A stretch of DNA of 64,000 nt. Origin: Acidimicrobiia bacterium (GTDB lineage: Bacteria > Actinomycetota > Acidimicrobiia > Spongiisociales > ZC4RG35). The first letter of the stretch is position 1. Every line of letters starts with the position of its first letter. The stretch covers positions 1,226 to 65,225 of the forward strand of contig WFOA01000123.1 of the NCBI GenBank assembly GCA_015488325.1, given 5' to 3'. Under the pieces are notes generated by a model that did not search any database, had not been told where the DNA came from, and saw only the letters and a program-made list of their open reading frames with translations. Both the position numbers and the translations under genes were made by a program. Below, in pieces: positions 18,962 to 29,254 of the stretch.

Positions 18962-19594
18962 TCAGCGAGGACGGCGACCGGTGACGACGGTCACGACCGC
19001 CAGCGTCGCGTAGACACCCGCTGACAGATGGCGGGCACGGCGCGCGAAGTGCGGTCGTCGCCGCAACAGCCGTCCGATCCGCCCCGCACCCACCGCATAG
19101 AGACCGTCGGAGATCAGCCCGGCCACCACGAACAGCGCTCCCAGGACGAGGAGCTGCAGGCGGGCGGCGCCGGCCGGGTCGACGAACTGGGGCACGAACG
19201 CCACGAAGAACACCGCGGTCTTGGGGTTGAGGAGGTTGACGACGAACCCCTGCACGAACACCCGACGCAGACCCACCGGCTGCACCGCACCGGCTGCGGT
19301 CGGGGAGTCGCCTTCGGTGGCGGCCCGGACCGCCAGATAGACCAGATAGACGGCACCGGCCCACTTCACCGCCGCGAAGGCGGACGCCGAAGCAGCGACC
19401 ACCGCGGTGAGACCGGCCATGGCGGCGGCGACGTGGACGAGGCTGGCGGCGTGGATCCCGAGGACCGACACCAGACCCGCCGTCCGACCCTGGGCGACAC
19501 TTCGACCCGTCACATACAGCACCGCGGGGCCCGGTACGACGAAAAGGGCGACGGCAGCAGCGAGGAACAACCCGATGGTGGAAGCGGTCGGCAT
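18962..19594 (-). CDS. LysE/RhtB-family amino-acid exporter
   Basis: 210-aa membrane protein with FVVPGPAVLYVTGRSVAQGRTAG and FVVNLLNPKTAVFFVAF, typical of LysE/RhtB proteins. Confidence 0.75.
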   Translation of the reverse strand: MPTASTIGLFLAAAVALFVVPGPAVLYVTGRSVAQGRTAGLVSVLGIHAASLVHVAAAMAGLTAVVAASASAFAAVKWAGAVYLVYLAVRAATEGDSPTAAGAVQPVGLRRVFVQGFVVNLLNPKTAVFFVAFVPQFVDPAGAARLQLLVLGALFVVAGLISDGLYAVGAGRIGRLLRRRPHFARRARHLSAGVYATLAVVTVVTGRRPR

Positions 19595-19667
19595 CCCGCC
19601 ACCTCAAGGGACCGTCCCGGCCACGATGCCGACATCGGGTCACCGTCCGCCTATCTTGGGGCGCCAC

Positions 19668-20333
19668 ATGCGCAACAGCACCCCCCTCGAAGGGCCCGTC
19701 CTCCGATACGCCGCCGACCATTCGATGGCTCCCGGCCCCGTCCACCGATGGATCGTCGCCGAAACCGACCGCCGCTTCCCCGACCTCGTCCAGATGCAGA
19801 TCGAATCCCACCAGGGTCCTCTGCTGGCGGTCCTCGTCGAACTGCTGGCAGCCCGTCGGGTCCTCGAGGTCGGAACCTTCACCGGTCTGTCGTCGCTCTG
19901 GATCGCCGAGGCACTCCCCGCCGACGGCCGGCTCGTCTGCTGCGACGTCTCCGAGGACTACACGTCGGTGGCCCGGCAAGCATGGGAGCGGGCTGGTGTC
20001 GCCGACCGGATCGAACTGCATCTCGCACCGGCCCTCGACACCCTCGCCCGCCTCGACGGGACCTTCGATCTCGCCTTCCTCGACGCCGACAAGGAGAACT
20101 ACCCCCGGTACCTCCCCGAGCTGATCCGTCTGGTCCGCCCCGGCGGAGCGATCGTCGCCGACAACACCCTCTGGTACGGGCGGGTCGTCGACGACGACGA
20201 CCGGTCCGCCGAGACGGAAGGGATCCGCCGGTTCAACGCCGACGCGGCGGCGTCGCCGTGGCTGGATGTGGCGCTCCTCCCCATGGCCGACGGCGTCTCC
20301 CTGATGTATCGACGGTCGTCTCAGCGTTCGTAG
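19668..20333 (+). CDS. class I SAM-dependent O-methyltransferase (caffeoyl-CoA OMT-like)
   Basis: Internal ATG at 19668 gives MRNSTPLEGPVLRYAADHS ... VLEVGTFTGLSSLWIAEAL ... FDLAFLDADKENY. Confidence 0.75.
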   Translation: MRNSTPLEGPVLRYAADHSMAPGPVHRWIVAETDRRFPDLVQMQIESHQGPLLAVLVELLAARRVLEVGTFTGLSSLWIAEALPADGRLVCCDVSEDYTSVARQAWERAGVADRIELHLAPALDTLARLDGTFDLAFLDADKENYPRYLPELIRLVRPGGAIVADNTLWYGRVVDDDDRSAETEGIRRFNADAAASPWLDVALLPMADGVSLMYRRSSQRS

Positions 20334-21595
20334 TCGGACAGGGCTTCGTCGATCAGGCCGATCGCCCAGTCGAGCTCCTCGTCGGTGGTGACGAGAGGCG
20401 GGATGAACCGGATCACGTTGCCGTCGGGTCCGCAGGGGATGATCACCAGCCCCCGTTCCAACGTGTAGGCCTGGACATGCCGGAAGGCCTCCGGATCCGG
20501 GACCCGGGTGTCCCGGTCGGCGACCAGCTCCACCCCGATCATGAGACCCAGCCCGCGGACGTCGCCGACCGTCGGATGGGAGGCGGCGAGTTCGTCGAAG
20601 CGGGCGAACGCCCGCCGGGACAGCTCCCGGGCGTGGGGAAGCAGATCGCCCATCACGTCGATCACCGCCGCCGCCGCCGCACAGGCGACCGGGTTGCCTC
20701 CGAAGGTGGTGCCGTGCGCCCCCACCGGCCAGGCGTCGATACGGTCCGCCGACGCCCCGTAGGCAGAGAGGGGGAGCCCGTTGGCGATCCCCTTGCCGAG
20801 GGCGACGATGTCGGGGGTGACGTCGAAGTGGTCGGCGGCGAACCATTCGGCGGTGCGCCCGAAACCCGTCTGGATCTCGTCGAAGACGAGGGCGATCCCG
20901 TGCCGGTCGCAGATCTCCCGCAGCGCCGTCAGGAACGGAGCCGGCGCCGGGTAGTAGCCGCCTTCGCCCTGGACGGGTTCCACCAACATGGCGGCGATGT
21001 TCTTCGGCGTGACTTCGTGGCGGAACAGCATCTCCAGTTCCATCAGCGCATGCTCCACCGCCTGTTCTTCGCTCATCCCCCACCGGTAGGGGTGGGGAAA
21101 CGGCACCACCCAGACCGACCCGAGGACCGGGTGGTATCCGTCGCGGTACTTGGCGCTGGACGTCGTGTAGGTGACCGAACCCATCGTCCGACCGTGGAAG
21201 GCTCCCCGGAATGCGACGACCCCCTGCCTGCCGGTCGTGTACTTGGCGAGCTTGACAGCCGCCTCCACCGCTTCGGCCCCCGAGTTGGCGAACCCGAACT
21301 TTTCGATGCCGTCAGGGGTGATCCGTGCCAGCCGTTCGGCCTCCTCGACGAGGGCGTCGTAGCGGAAGACGCAGCCGGAATGCATCACCTTGTCGAGTTG
21401 GGCGCGGGCGGCGTCCACCACCGCCGGATGGTTGTGGCCCAGGTTGGTGACGGCGGTGCCGCAGGCGAAATCGGCCCAGCGGTTGCCGTTCCGGTCGTAC
21501 AGCCAGAGCCCTTCGGCCCGGACGATCTGAAGCGTCGTGTCGAATGCGATGACGGGAGCGATGACGTCGCCGTGGCGGCGGATGAGGTCGTTCAT
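20321..21595 (-). CDS. class III PLP-dependent aminotransferase (GABA/acetylornithine aminotransferase-like)
   Basis: 424 aa with ... LVFDEIQTGFGRTAEWFA ... and TTFGGNP. Confidence 0.85.
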   Translation of the reverse strand: MNDLIRRHGDVIAPVIAFDTTLQIVRAEGLWLYDRNGNRWADFACGTAVTNLGHNHPAVVDAARAQLDKVMHSGCVFRYDALVEEAERLARITPDGIEKFGFANSGAEAVEAAVKLAKYTTGRQGVVAFRGAFHGRTMGSVTYTTSSAKYRDGYHPVLGSVWVVPFPHPYRWGMSEEQAVEHALMELEMLFRHEVTPKNIAAMLVEPVQGEGGYYPAPAPFLTALREICDRHGIALVFDEIQTGFGRTAEWFAADHFDVTPDIVALGKGIANGLPLSAYGASADRIDAWPVGAHGTTFGGNPVACAAAAAVIDVMGDLLPHARELSRRAFARFDELAASHPTVGDVRGLGLMIGVELVADRDTRVPDPEAFRHVQAYTLERGLVIIPCGPDGNVIRFIPPLVTTDEELDWAIGLIDEALSDYER

Positions 21596-21744
21596 GGGGC
21601 GCCTCCTCGGACGGTGGGGACGGACGGGGTGCCGAGATCCGAGGTGTCTCTACGGCGCGGCGAACAGCGCCCTCCGGGACTGGCGCGGGGTCGGTCGCTC
21701 CATGGAGGTCATTCTGCCAGACACATCGGGTCGACGGCTCCGGC

Positions 21745-22749
21745 TCACGTGAAGACGACACCCCGGGGTCCGGCGACGACCTCACCGATCACCGTCGCCC
21801 GATGTCCACCGTCGGCGACGACGCCCTCCACCTCCCCCACGTCCTCCGGGTCGACGACGAGGACGAACCCGATCCCCAGGTTGAAGGTCCGCCGCATCGA
21901 GTCGACGTCCACGCCCCGCCGCCCGATCTCGGCGAACACCGGCGGCGGCTCCCACGACGAAGCGTCGACGACCGCTCGACATCCGGGCGGCAACACACGG
22001 ACCAGATTCCCCGGGATCCCGCCACCGGTGACGTGGGCGGCGGCAGCCACCAGGTCACGAGCGACCAGCGTCGCCACCACCGGCGAATAGATGACCGACG
22101 GTTCCAACAGGACTTCGGCGACGGTGGCGTCCCCACCGGGGAACGGCGCGTCGAGGTCGTCGAAGAGTCGCCGGATCAGGGAGAAGCCGTTGGAGCGGAG
22201 GTTCGGTGACGCCAACCCGACCAGGGTCAAGCCGGGATGCACCCGGTCTGGCCCCAAGATCCGGTCCCGGGACACCACCCCGAGGGCGGTGCCGGCCAGA
22301 TCGACCTGGTCGGCGGCCATCACCCCCGGATGTTCCGCCGTCTCCCCGCCCAGCAGAGGACACCGAGCCTCCGAGCACGCCGCGGCGATCGACTCGACGA
22401 TGGCGGCGTCACGGTCCCCGTCGAGGGCACCGACCGCCAGATAATCGACGAACCCGATCGGGCGAGCACCCACCGCGGCCAAATCGTCGACGCACATGGC
22501 GACCAGGTCGTATCCGACCCCCTGCCAGAGGCCGGTCCGTCGTGCCAGTTCCAGCTTCGTCCCCACCCCGTCGGTGGTCATCATCAGGACCGGATCGGGG
22601 ATGTCGGACGGCACGGCGACACCGGCGGCGAAACCGCCGAAACCGCCCACCACGTCCGGCCCCCAGGTGGCGGTGACCACCGGAGAGATCCGTCCCACAT
22701 GCCGGTCGGCTCCGTCCAAGTCGACCCCGGCTTCGTGGTAGGCGGTCAC
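21745..22749 (-). CDS. purM: phosphoribosylformylglycinamidine cyclo-ligase (AIR synthetase)
   Basis: 334 aa with HEAGVDLDGADRHVGRI ... TDGVGTKLELA ... NLGIGFVLVV. Directly downstream of purF. Confidence 0.9.
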   Translation of the reverse strand: MTAYHEAGVDLDGADRHVGRISPVVTATWGPDVVGGFGGFAAGVAVPSDIPDPVLMMTTDGVGTKLELARRTGLWQGVGYDLVAMCVDDLAAVGARPIGFVDYLAVGALDGDRDAAIVESIAAACSEARCPLLGGETAEHPGVMAADQVDLAGTALGVVSRDRILGPDRVHPGLTLVGLASPNLRSNGFSLIRRLFDDLDAPFPGGDATVAEVLLEPSVIYSPVVATLVARDLVAAAAHVTGGGIPGNLVRVLPPGCRAVVDASSWEPPPVFAEIGRRGVDVDSMRRTFNLGIGFVLVVDPEDVGEVEGVVADGGHRATVIGEVVAGPRGVVFT

Positions 22750-24188
22750 CGGCGGGCCACCCGCTCCAACTCGAACTTGTCCGACGCCCCGCTCACGTCG
22801 GTCGGGTAATCACCCGACAGGCACGCCGTGCAGGACCGGTCTCCACCCCCCACCGCCTCGAGCAGCCCGGGGAGGGACAGGTAGCCGACGGAGTCGGCGC
22901 CGAGCACGTCGGCGATGTCGTCGAGCGCCACCCTGGCCGCCAGCAGCGCCGACCGGTCCGACGTGTCCATCCCGTAGAAGCAGGGCCAGCGGTAGGGCGG
23001 GGACGAGATCCGGAGGTGGACTTCGACGGCGCCGGCGTCTCGCATCATCTGGACGAGCTGGCGGGTGGTCGAACCGCGGACGATCGAGTCGTCGACCAGC
23101 ACGACACGGCGGCCGGCGACCGTGGACGGGATCGGGTTGAGCTTCAGGCGGATGCCCCGATCCCTGAGCATCTGGCTCGGCTCGATGAACGTCCGTCCCA
23201 CGTACCGGTTCTTCACCAACCCGTCCACGTAGGGCAGTCCGCTCACCTGGGCGTAGCCTTCCGCCGCCGGGATCCCCGACTCGGGGACCGGCACCACCAC
23301 GTCGGCGAGGGCGGGATGTTCGGTGGCGAGGATCCGACCCATCTCCTGGCGGGCGGCGTGGACCGACCGTCCGTCGAGGATCGAGTCGGGACGGGCGAAG
23401 TAGACGAACTCGAAGATGCAGAGGGCGGGCCGGGCCGGCGGGAACGGCCGGAAGCTGCGCAGACCGCCGGCGTCGATCACCACCATCTCCCCCGGTTCGA
23501 CGTCCCGTTCCACCTTGGCGCCGACCAGGTCGAGGGCCGAGGTCTCCGACGACAGCACCCAGTCGCCGGTCTCCAGACGCCCCAAGGTGAGGGGACGGAA
23601 CCCGTGGGGGTCGCGCACTCCGATGAGGTGCCCCTGGTCCATCACGACGAGGGAGAACGCTCCGGAGAAGGCGGGGAGCACTTCGACCAGGGCGAGTTCG
23701 AGGCCACGTCCGTCGGAGCGCCCGTCGGCCACCGCCCGAGCGATCGCCTCGGTCATCAGATCGGAATCGGTGGTGGCGGACCCCACCCCCAGCTCGTGGG
23801 CGAGATCGGCGGTGTTGGTGAGGTTGCCGTTGTGGGCGAGAGCCACCGAGGTGGCGCCGATCTGGCGGTGCGTGGGTTGGGCGTTCTCCCACCGAGTCGT
23901 CCCGGTCGTGGAGTAGCGGGTGTGTCCGACGGCGATGTGGCCTTCCAGGCCGGCGAGGGACGCCTCGTCGAACACCTGGGCGACGAGCCCGAGATCTTTG
24001 AAGACGGTGAGGGTCTGCCCGTCGGACGCTGCGATCCCCGCCGACTCCTGGCCCCGATGCTGAAGCGCGAAGAGGCCGAAGTACACCAGCGAGGCGGCTC
24101 GTCGGCCCGGCGCGTACACCCCGAACACGCCACAGGCCTCTCCCGGGCGGTCACCGGCGAACACGTGGTAGGGACGTCGAGCCGTCAC
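22746..24188 (-). CDS. purF: amidophosphoribosyltransferase
   Basis: Ntn-type GEACGVFGVYAPG ... ALQHRGQESAGIA ... VALAHNGNLTN. GTG at 24188 gives a short propeptide before the catalytic Cys. The first ATG at 24308 is the alternative. Confidence 0.8.
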   Translation of the reverse strand: MTARRPYHVFAGDRPGEACGVFGVYAPGRRAASLVYFGLFALQHRGQESAGIAASDGQTLTVFKDLGLVAQVFDEASLAGLEGHIAVGHTRYSTTGTTRWENAQPTHRQIGATSVALAHNGNLTNTADLAHELGVGSATTDSDLMTEAIARAVADGRSDGRGLELALVEVLPAFSGAFSLVVMDQGHLIGVRDPHGFRPLTLGRLETGDWVLSSETSALDLVGAKVERDVEPGEMVVIDAGGLRSFRPFPPARPALCIFEFVYFARPDSILDGRSVHAARQEMGRILATEHPALADVVVPVPESGIPAAEGYAQVSGLPYVDGLVKNRYVGRTFIEPSQMLRDRGIRLKLNPIPSTVAGRRVVLVDDSIVRGSTTRQLVQMMRDAGAVEVHLRISSPPYRWPCFYGMDTSDRSALLAARVALDDIADVLGADSVGYLSLPGLLEAVGGGDRSCTACLSGDYPTDVSGASDKFELERVARR

Positions 24189-24348
24189 CTGGCGGGATTG
24201 TAGGACCGGGCGTCGCACACCGAATGCCCCTGGCGCCGTCGACGTCGGTGCGTCGGATCCGCCGGGCCGGCGCCCACGAACGGCCAGGATGTCACTCGCC
24301 GTGTGCACGGGCTGGCGGAAACCGCGAGCCGGTACACCCGACAGGTGG

Positions 24349-25143
24349 TCACTCGTCGACGAACCTCGGTGCCCGGCGCTCCTTCAACGCCGCCAACCCC
24401 TCCTGGGCGTCCCGGCCCCGGAAACCGAGGAACTCGAAAGCGGCAGAGGCTTCGAAGGCCGGTGCCGCCGTCTTCAGCCACAGGTTGAGGGCCTGTTTGG
24501 TCCATCGGATGGCGGTGGCGCTGCCCTGGGCCAGCTCGGCGGCAATGGCGAGGGCGGTGGGGTACAGCTCGTCGTCGTCCACCACCTTGGCCACCAGGCC
24601 GATCCGTTCCGCCTCCTCGCCGTCGAGGGGTTCGTTGGTCAACAGGTAGTACTTGGCTTTGGCCATCCCCACCAACAGGGGCCAGATGATCACGGCGTGG
24701 TCACCGGCGGCGACGCCCAGTTTGACGTGACCGTCGAGGATCCGGGCAGACCGGCCCGCGATGGGGATGTCGGCGACGAGCGCGGCGGCGAGCCCGGCGC
24801 CCACCGCCGGTCCGTTGATCGCCGACACGATCGGTTTCGAGCAGTCCATGACGTTGTAGACGAGGTCCTTCGCCTCCCGGAAGATCCGGTTGGCGAACGC
24901 CGCGTCCTCGATCACCCGTTCGATGAGGGTGAAGTCACCCCCGGCCGAGAACGCCCGACCTTCGCCCCTCAACAGGACCGCCCGGACATCGGGGTCGGCG
25001 TCGATGTCCCGCCACACGTAGGTGAGTTCACGGTGGCCTTCGATCCCCACCGAGTTGAGGGTTTCGGGGTTGTCGATCACCACTTCGAGCACGCCGTCTG
25101 CCGGGTATTCGAAGCGGAGCGTTCCGTACTGGCTCTGATCCAT
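24349..25143 (-). CDS. enoyl-CoA hydratase/isomerase family protein
   Basis: 264 aa with ... [15 protein letters not shown] ... and [27 protein letters not shown], the crotonase fold. Confidence 0.8.
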   Translation of the reverse strand: MDQSQYGTLRFEYPADGVLEVVIDNPETLNSVGIEGHRELTYVWRDIDADPDVRAVLLRGEGRAFSAGGDFTLIERVIEDAAFANRIFREAKDLVYNVMDCSKPIVSAINGPAVGAGLAAALVADIPIAGRSARILDGHVKLGVAAGDHAVIIWPLLVGMAKAKYYLLTNEPLDGEEAERIGLVAKVVDDDELYPTALAIAAELAQGSATAIRWTKQALNLWLKTAAPAFEASAAFEFLGFRGRDAQEGLAALKERRAPRFVDE

Positions 25144-25224
25144 GGGTCCGATTCTGCCGGGTTCGACGCCCGGATCGAAGTCGGCCGTGCAGGCCCGGCC
25201 GGTCGTGGCCCCTGACAGAACGCC

Positions 25225-26694
25225 TCAGATACCTCTGCGTCGACGTCGAGCCTCCGCCAGATGGCGCCGCAGCCGCCACACCGGCAGTGCGCCGGCGGCA
25301 GCGAGGACCACGGCGGTGACGACCGCCGCCCGGAACCCTTCGACGATGGCTTCGTCGGCACCGGGCGGAACCCCGGTGGTCTCCCCTGCGAGAAGCCGAC
25401 GGACCTGTTCGACGTCACCGACCCTGCGGGCCACCACGAAGAGGATCACCGTCCCCGCCAGAGCGGCCCCGTAGGCGACCCCCTGGTTCCGTAGGAACTG
25501 GTGAGCCGCCGACGTCCGCCCGATCTCCGCCGGGTCGGAGACGGCCCGCAGGAGGGTGAGGGCGGCGTTGGTGGACACCCCGACGCCGAGCCCGGCGACG
25601 AACCAGGCCGTAAACTGGAGGGCGATCGACCCTTCGGTGAAGACCCAGGCGGCGGAGAGGGCCGGGACGGTCACGAAGAAGCCGGAGACGGCCAAGGTGG
25701 ACTCGGCGATCCGTTCCGTCAGCCGACTCCCCACGTTGGCGCCGGTCGTCCATCCGATGGTGATGAACAGCACCGACCATGCCGCCACCGCCGTCGACGT
25801 GCCCCTGCCTCCCTGGAGGAAGAGCGGAAGGTACGAGTGGGCGCCGAGGGCCCCTGCCAGCAGCAGCCCCATCCCCAGAGCCAGCCCGGCGAACGGCTGA
25901 CGAACGACATGTTCGAGCCGCACCACCGGCTGAGAAGCTCGGCGGGCATGGACTACGTAGGCGGCGGCGAGGAGGAGGGAGACGGCGAGCCACCCGAGGC
26001 TGGCCGCCGACACCGACGACACGGCGAGGAGGGTGGTGACGGTGACGGCGACCACCAGAGCGGTCCCGACGACGTCGATGCGGAGCGGTTCGGCGTCGGG
26101 ACGACGGGGAGGCATCGCCCGCCATCCGGAGGCGAGGGCGAGGGCACCGAGGGGGACGTTGACCCAGAAGATCCACCGCCAGTCGAAGGCGGTGAGCAGG
26201 AACGCGGCGAAGGCCGGTCCCGCCACACCCATCACCCCCCACACCGTCGAGTTGGCGGCGTAGGCTCGAGCGACGAGATGGTCCGGATATCCGAGGGCGA
26301 CGGCGGCGAGCCCGACGGCGATGATGAGTCCCCCGCCGGCCCCCTGCACGATCCGGGCCGCCACCATGATCTCCATCGACGGGGCGGCGGCGGCGAGGAC
26401 GCTGCCGACGACGAACACCGCCACCGACCATCGGAACATGACCGTCGTCCCCAAAGAGTCGACCAGCGGGCCCGACAGGACCGTCGCCACCCCCGAGGTG
26501 ACGAGGAACCCGGTGATCACCCAGGGCAGCAGCCGCACCTGCCCGAGGTCGGCAGCCACGTCGGGGAGGGCGGCGACGACGGCGAGGCCTTCGAAGGCGA
26601 CGAGGGCGACGGTCGTGTAGATCGCAGCCGACAGCGGCAACAACGGACGCGACAGCACCGACCGGGGCTCTTCCATGGGCAGGGACCGTACCAA
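25225..26694 (-). CDS. MFS transporter (DHA2-like drug:H+ antiporter)
   Basis: 489 aa with about 14 hydrophobic segments. Start may be the downstream MEEPRSV at 26676. Confidence 0.75.
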   Translation of the reverse strand: MVRSLPMEEPRSVLSRPLLPLSAAIYTTVALVAFEGLAVVAALPDVAADLGQVRLLPWVITGFLVTSGVATVLSGPLVDSLGTTVMFRWSVAVFVVGSVLAAAAPSMEIMVAARIVQGAGGGLIIAVGLAAVALGYPDHLVARAYAANSTVWGVMGVAGPAFAAFLLTAFDWRWIFWVNVPLGALALASGWRAMPPRRPDAEPLRIDVVGTALVVAVTVTTLLAVSSVSAASLGWLAVSLLLAAAYVVHARRASQPVVRLEHVVRQPFAGLALGMGLLLAGALGAHSYLPLFLQGGRGTSTAVAAWSVLFITIGWTTGANVGSRLTERIAESTLAVSGFFVTVPALSAAWVFTEGSIALQFTAWFVAGLGVGVSTNAALTLLRAVSDPAEIGRTSAAHQFLRNQGVAYGAALAGTVILFVVARRVGDVEQVRRLLAGETTGVPPGADEAIVEGFRAAVVTAVVLAAAGALPVWRLRRHLAEARRRRRGI

Positions 26695-26947
26695 GGGTCG
26701 GGCGGGACGCGGACCCCGTCCGGTGGCGCCGCCACCCAGCGAAGAAGAGATCGCCCAGATCTACGAGGAGCTCCTCGAAGTCGCCGACTGCCTCCGGAAC
26801 GAAGGCTACGACATCGCCCCGGCGCCGTCCCTCGAAGCCTTCGTCGACACCTACGAAACGGGGCCGTGGCATCCCTACCTGTCCCTCCCCGACGACCTCT
26901 CGGCGTCCGAATGGGACCGCCTGGAACGGGTCTGTCCTCAGCCCTGA
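26675..26947 (+). CDS. small hypothetical protein (about 90 aa)
   Basis: Strong GC3 bias (EEEIAQIYEELLEVADCLRNEGYDIAPAPSLEAFVDTYETGPWHPYL). Divergent from the MFS gene. Start uncertain, since it overlaps the annotated MFS start. Confidence 0.35.
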   Translation: MGRDRTKGRAGRGPRPVAPPPSEEEIAQIYEELLEVADCLRNEGYDIAPAPSLEAFVDTYETGPWHPYLSLPDDLSASEWDRLERVCPQP

Positions 26948-26951
26948 ACCG

Positions 26952-28037
26952 TCACCGCACCAGCAGGGGGATCGCTATCTCTTCGTCGGTGAGGCCGCCG
27001 TGCTGGCCGATGGTCCAGGCGTCGTTGCCGGGGAAGGAGAAGGCGTACCCGGGGTCGGCGAGGAGGACGCCGTCGGGACGGCGGGCCTCGAACCGGGGAT
27101 GGAACGGTTCCGGGCCCCACCAACCGTCGGTGGCAGCAGCCGGATACCAGACGGCAGGGATGTTCTCCGCCATCTCCTCGCCCAGCTCCGGGTCTCCGTG
27201 GACGTACACCGCCCGGGAGTCACCGTAGAGCACCACCCCGTCGGGAGGTGTCAAGTCGAGCCGGTGCTCTTCGGGGATGTCCACGTGCCCGTGGTCGGCG
27301 GTACCCACCAGGCACACCCCAGCCGGGAGCCGTTCCACCAGCTCCTCCCACACCGCCGAAGCCCGTCCCAACGCCGCCGCGTATTCGACGGACGACTGCC
27401 CGTGATAGTGGGCGGCGGCGTCGACGTCCGGCAGGTAGACGACGGTGACCCCGCGGCCCCGTTCCACGGCGGTGACGGTCAGCGGAACGATCTCGCCGAC
27501 GTGGTCCCATCCGAAGGGTGTCGCCCCTCGGAACAGGAGCCGCTCGAGGGGGCTGCCGATGAACCCGGCAGGCAACACGACCGACACCTCACATCCTCCG
27601 GAGAGAAGACGTTCGGTCAGGTTCGGAGAAGGGAGGAACCCGTCCGGATCCGCCGGTACCGCCTCGCCGTCGATGCGCAACCACCAGACGGTGTTGACGA
27701 CGCCGCCGAAGTCGGGGTCGTGCAGGAGGTAGGCGATCAGACCGTGCCGGGACGGCGCCAGCCCGGACGCCAGGGTGGCCGTCGCCACCGTGGTCTGGGA
27801 GGAGAAGGGCGCGTCGAGGGTCGCCACCCGGGCCGACGTCAGCGGGCCGGCGGCGGGATGGGTGAGCTGGCGGTCGCCCAAGCCGTCGAAGAGGACCAGG
27901 ACGTATCGGTCCGATTCGGGGACGGCCGCGGCCGCATCGGCTGTGAGCCCCGGAGTGGGTGCGTCCCCGACGAGGCGACGCTCCAGCTCGGCGACGAGGT
28001 TGACGAGACCCCGACCGTCGTAGGAGGGAACCCGCAT
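26952..28037 (-). CDS. alkaline-phosphatase-superfamily protein (type I phosphodiesterase/nucleotide pyrophosphatase-like)
   Basis: Internal ATG at 28037 of ORF 26952..29213 gives [10 protein letters not shown] ... YVLVLFDGLGDRQL ... CLVGTADHGH, a metal-ligand pattern of the AlkP core. Start overlaps the pfkA stop by 1 nt. Confidence 0.7.
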   Translation of the reverse strand: MRVPSYDGRGLVNLVAELERRLVGDAPTPGLTADAAAAVPESDRYVLVLFDGLGDRQLTHPAAGPLTSARVATLDAPFSSQTTVATATLASGLAPSRHGLIAYLLHDPDFGGVVNTVWWLRIDGEAVPADPDGFLPSPNLTERLLSGGCEVSVVLPAGFIGSPLERLLFRGATPFGWDHVGEIVPLTVTAVERGRGVTVVYLPDVDAAAHYHGQSSVEYAAALGRASAVWEELVERLPAGVCLVGTADHGHVDIPEEHRLDLTPPDGVVLYGDSRAVYVHGDPELGEEMAENIPAVWYPAAATDGWWGPEPFHPRFEARRPDGVLLADPGYAFSFPGNDAWTIGQHGGLTDEEIAIPLLVR

Positions 28038-29158
28038 CAGTCGCCGAGACAGATCCCGAGACGGCGGGCACTCACCACCCAGGGATGGTCGACGGGGACC
28101 GCCTTGCGTTTGCCCGCCACCTCCTTCAGGTCCACCGGTTCGGTGCCCTCCCCCCGGGCGGCCACCATCACCCCGCGGAGACCCTCCACGATGTAGTCGA
28201 CGCAGGCGGTGCCGAGCCTCGTCGCCAGCACCCGGTCGACGGCCGACGGCGTACCGCCACGTTGCACGTGTCCGAGGATCGTCACCCTCGACTCCAGGCC
28301 GGTGCGTTCTTCGAGGTCGGCGGCGAGGGTTTCGGTGTGCCGTTTCTGGACGGCGTGGAACTCTGCCAGGTCCCGTTTCGCCTGTTCGCGGATGCCGTCG
28401 TCCGGGTTGGTGGCCAGTTCGGCGAGACGGTCGTGACGTTCCCGGTCGGCTGCCGACAGGGCCCCTTCGGAGACGGCGACGATCGAAAACGCCGACCCGG
28501 CGGCTTTCCGTTGCAGGATCGATTCGGCGACGACTTCGACGTCGTAGGGGATCTCGGGGATGAGGATCACGTCGGCGCCTCCCGCCAGCCCGGCTCCGAG
28601 GGCCAGCCATCCGGTGTTGTGACCCATCAGCTCGACGACGACGATGCGGTGGTGGGAGTGGGCGGTGGAATGGAGTCGGTCGATGGCTTCGGTGGCGATG
28701 GTGAGGGCGGTATCGAATCCGAAGGTGGCGTCGGTGCCCCACACGTCGTTGTCGATGGTCTTGGGGAGGGCGATGACGGGGATCCCCACTTCGGCGAGGC
28801 GAAGGGCGTTCTTCATCGTCCCTCCACCGCCCAGACAGACCAGGGCGGTGAGGTCGTGGGATTCGACGACCTGTTTCATGAGGGGCCGCATGTCCATGCG
28901 CTTGCCGTTGCCCACGTGCATCTTGTGGACCTTGTCCCGGCTGGTACCGAGGATCGTCCCGCCGGTGGTGAGGATGCCGGAGAGGGTTTCGGAGTCGAGA
29001 CGGACCGACCGGTCGTGCATGAGCCCCCGGAACCCGTCTCGGAAGCCGATGACGTGCATCCCGTAGGTGCGTTCCGCCGCCTTGCCCACCGCCCGGATGG
29101 CGGCGTTGAGTCCGGGGGAGTCGCCCCCGGCGGTGAGGATCCCGATGGTCTGGGCCAT
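28037..29158 (-). CDS. pfkA: 6-phosphofructokinase
   Basis: ATG at 29158 gives [24 protein letters not shown] ... [12 protein letters not shown] ... [18 protein letters not shown], the PFK family. Confidence 0.85.
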   Translation of the reverse strand: MAQTIGILTAGGDSPGLNAAIRAVGKAAERTYGMHVIGFRDGFRGLMHDRSVRLDSETLSGILTTGGTILGTSRDKVHKMHVGNGKRMDMRPLMKQVVESHDLTALVCLGGGGTMKNALRLAEVGIPVIALPKTIDNDVWGTDATFGFDTALTIATEAIDRLHSTAHSHHRIVVVELMGHNTGWLALGAGLAGGADVILIPEIPYDVEVVAESILQRKAAGSAFSIVAVSEGALSAADRERHDRLAELATNPDDGIREQAKRDLAEFHAVQKRHTETLAADLEERTGLESRVTILGHVQRGGTPSAVDRVLATRLGTACVDYIVEGLRGVMVAARGEGTEPVDLKEVAGKRKAVPVDHPWVVSARRLGICLGD

Positions 29159-29254
29159 GGTGACAGGGTACCGGCTCCCGACCCCGACCCCACCACCCGA
29201 ACTGACAGCACAAAACGGCAAATACCGCCCCAATCTGCTGTCAAAACGGCCGGG

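Noticed and set aside
19028-22090. 1020-aa plus-strand ORF
   Set aside because: Antisense to lysE, the aminotransferase and purM. Arg/Pro/Gly-rich artefact.
21745-22749. Possibility that the PurM-like gene is SelD (selenophosphate synthetase)
   Set aside because: It sits in a purF-purM operon. It has the PurM N-terminal pattern and no Cys/Sec-containing glycine-rich SelD N-terminus.
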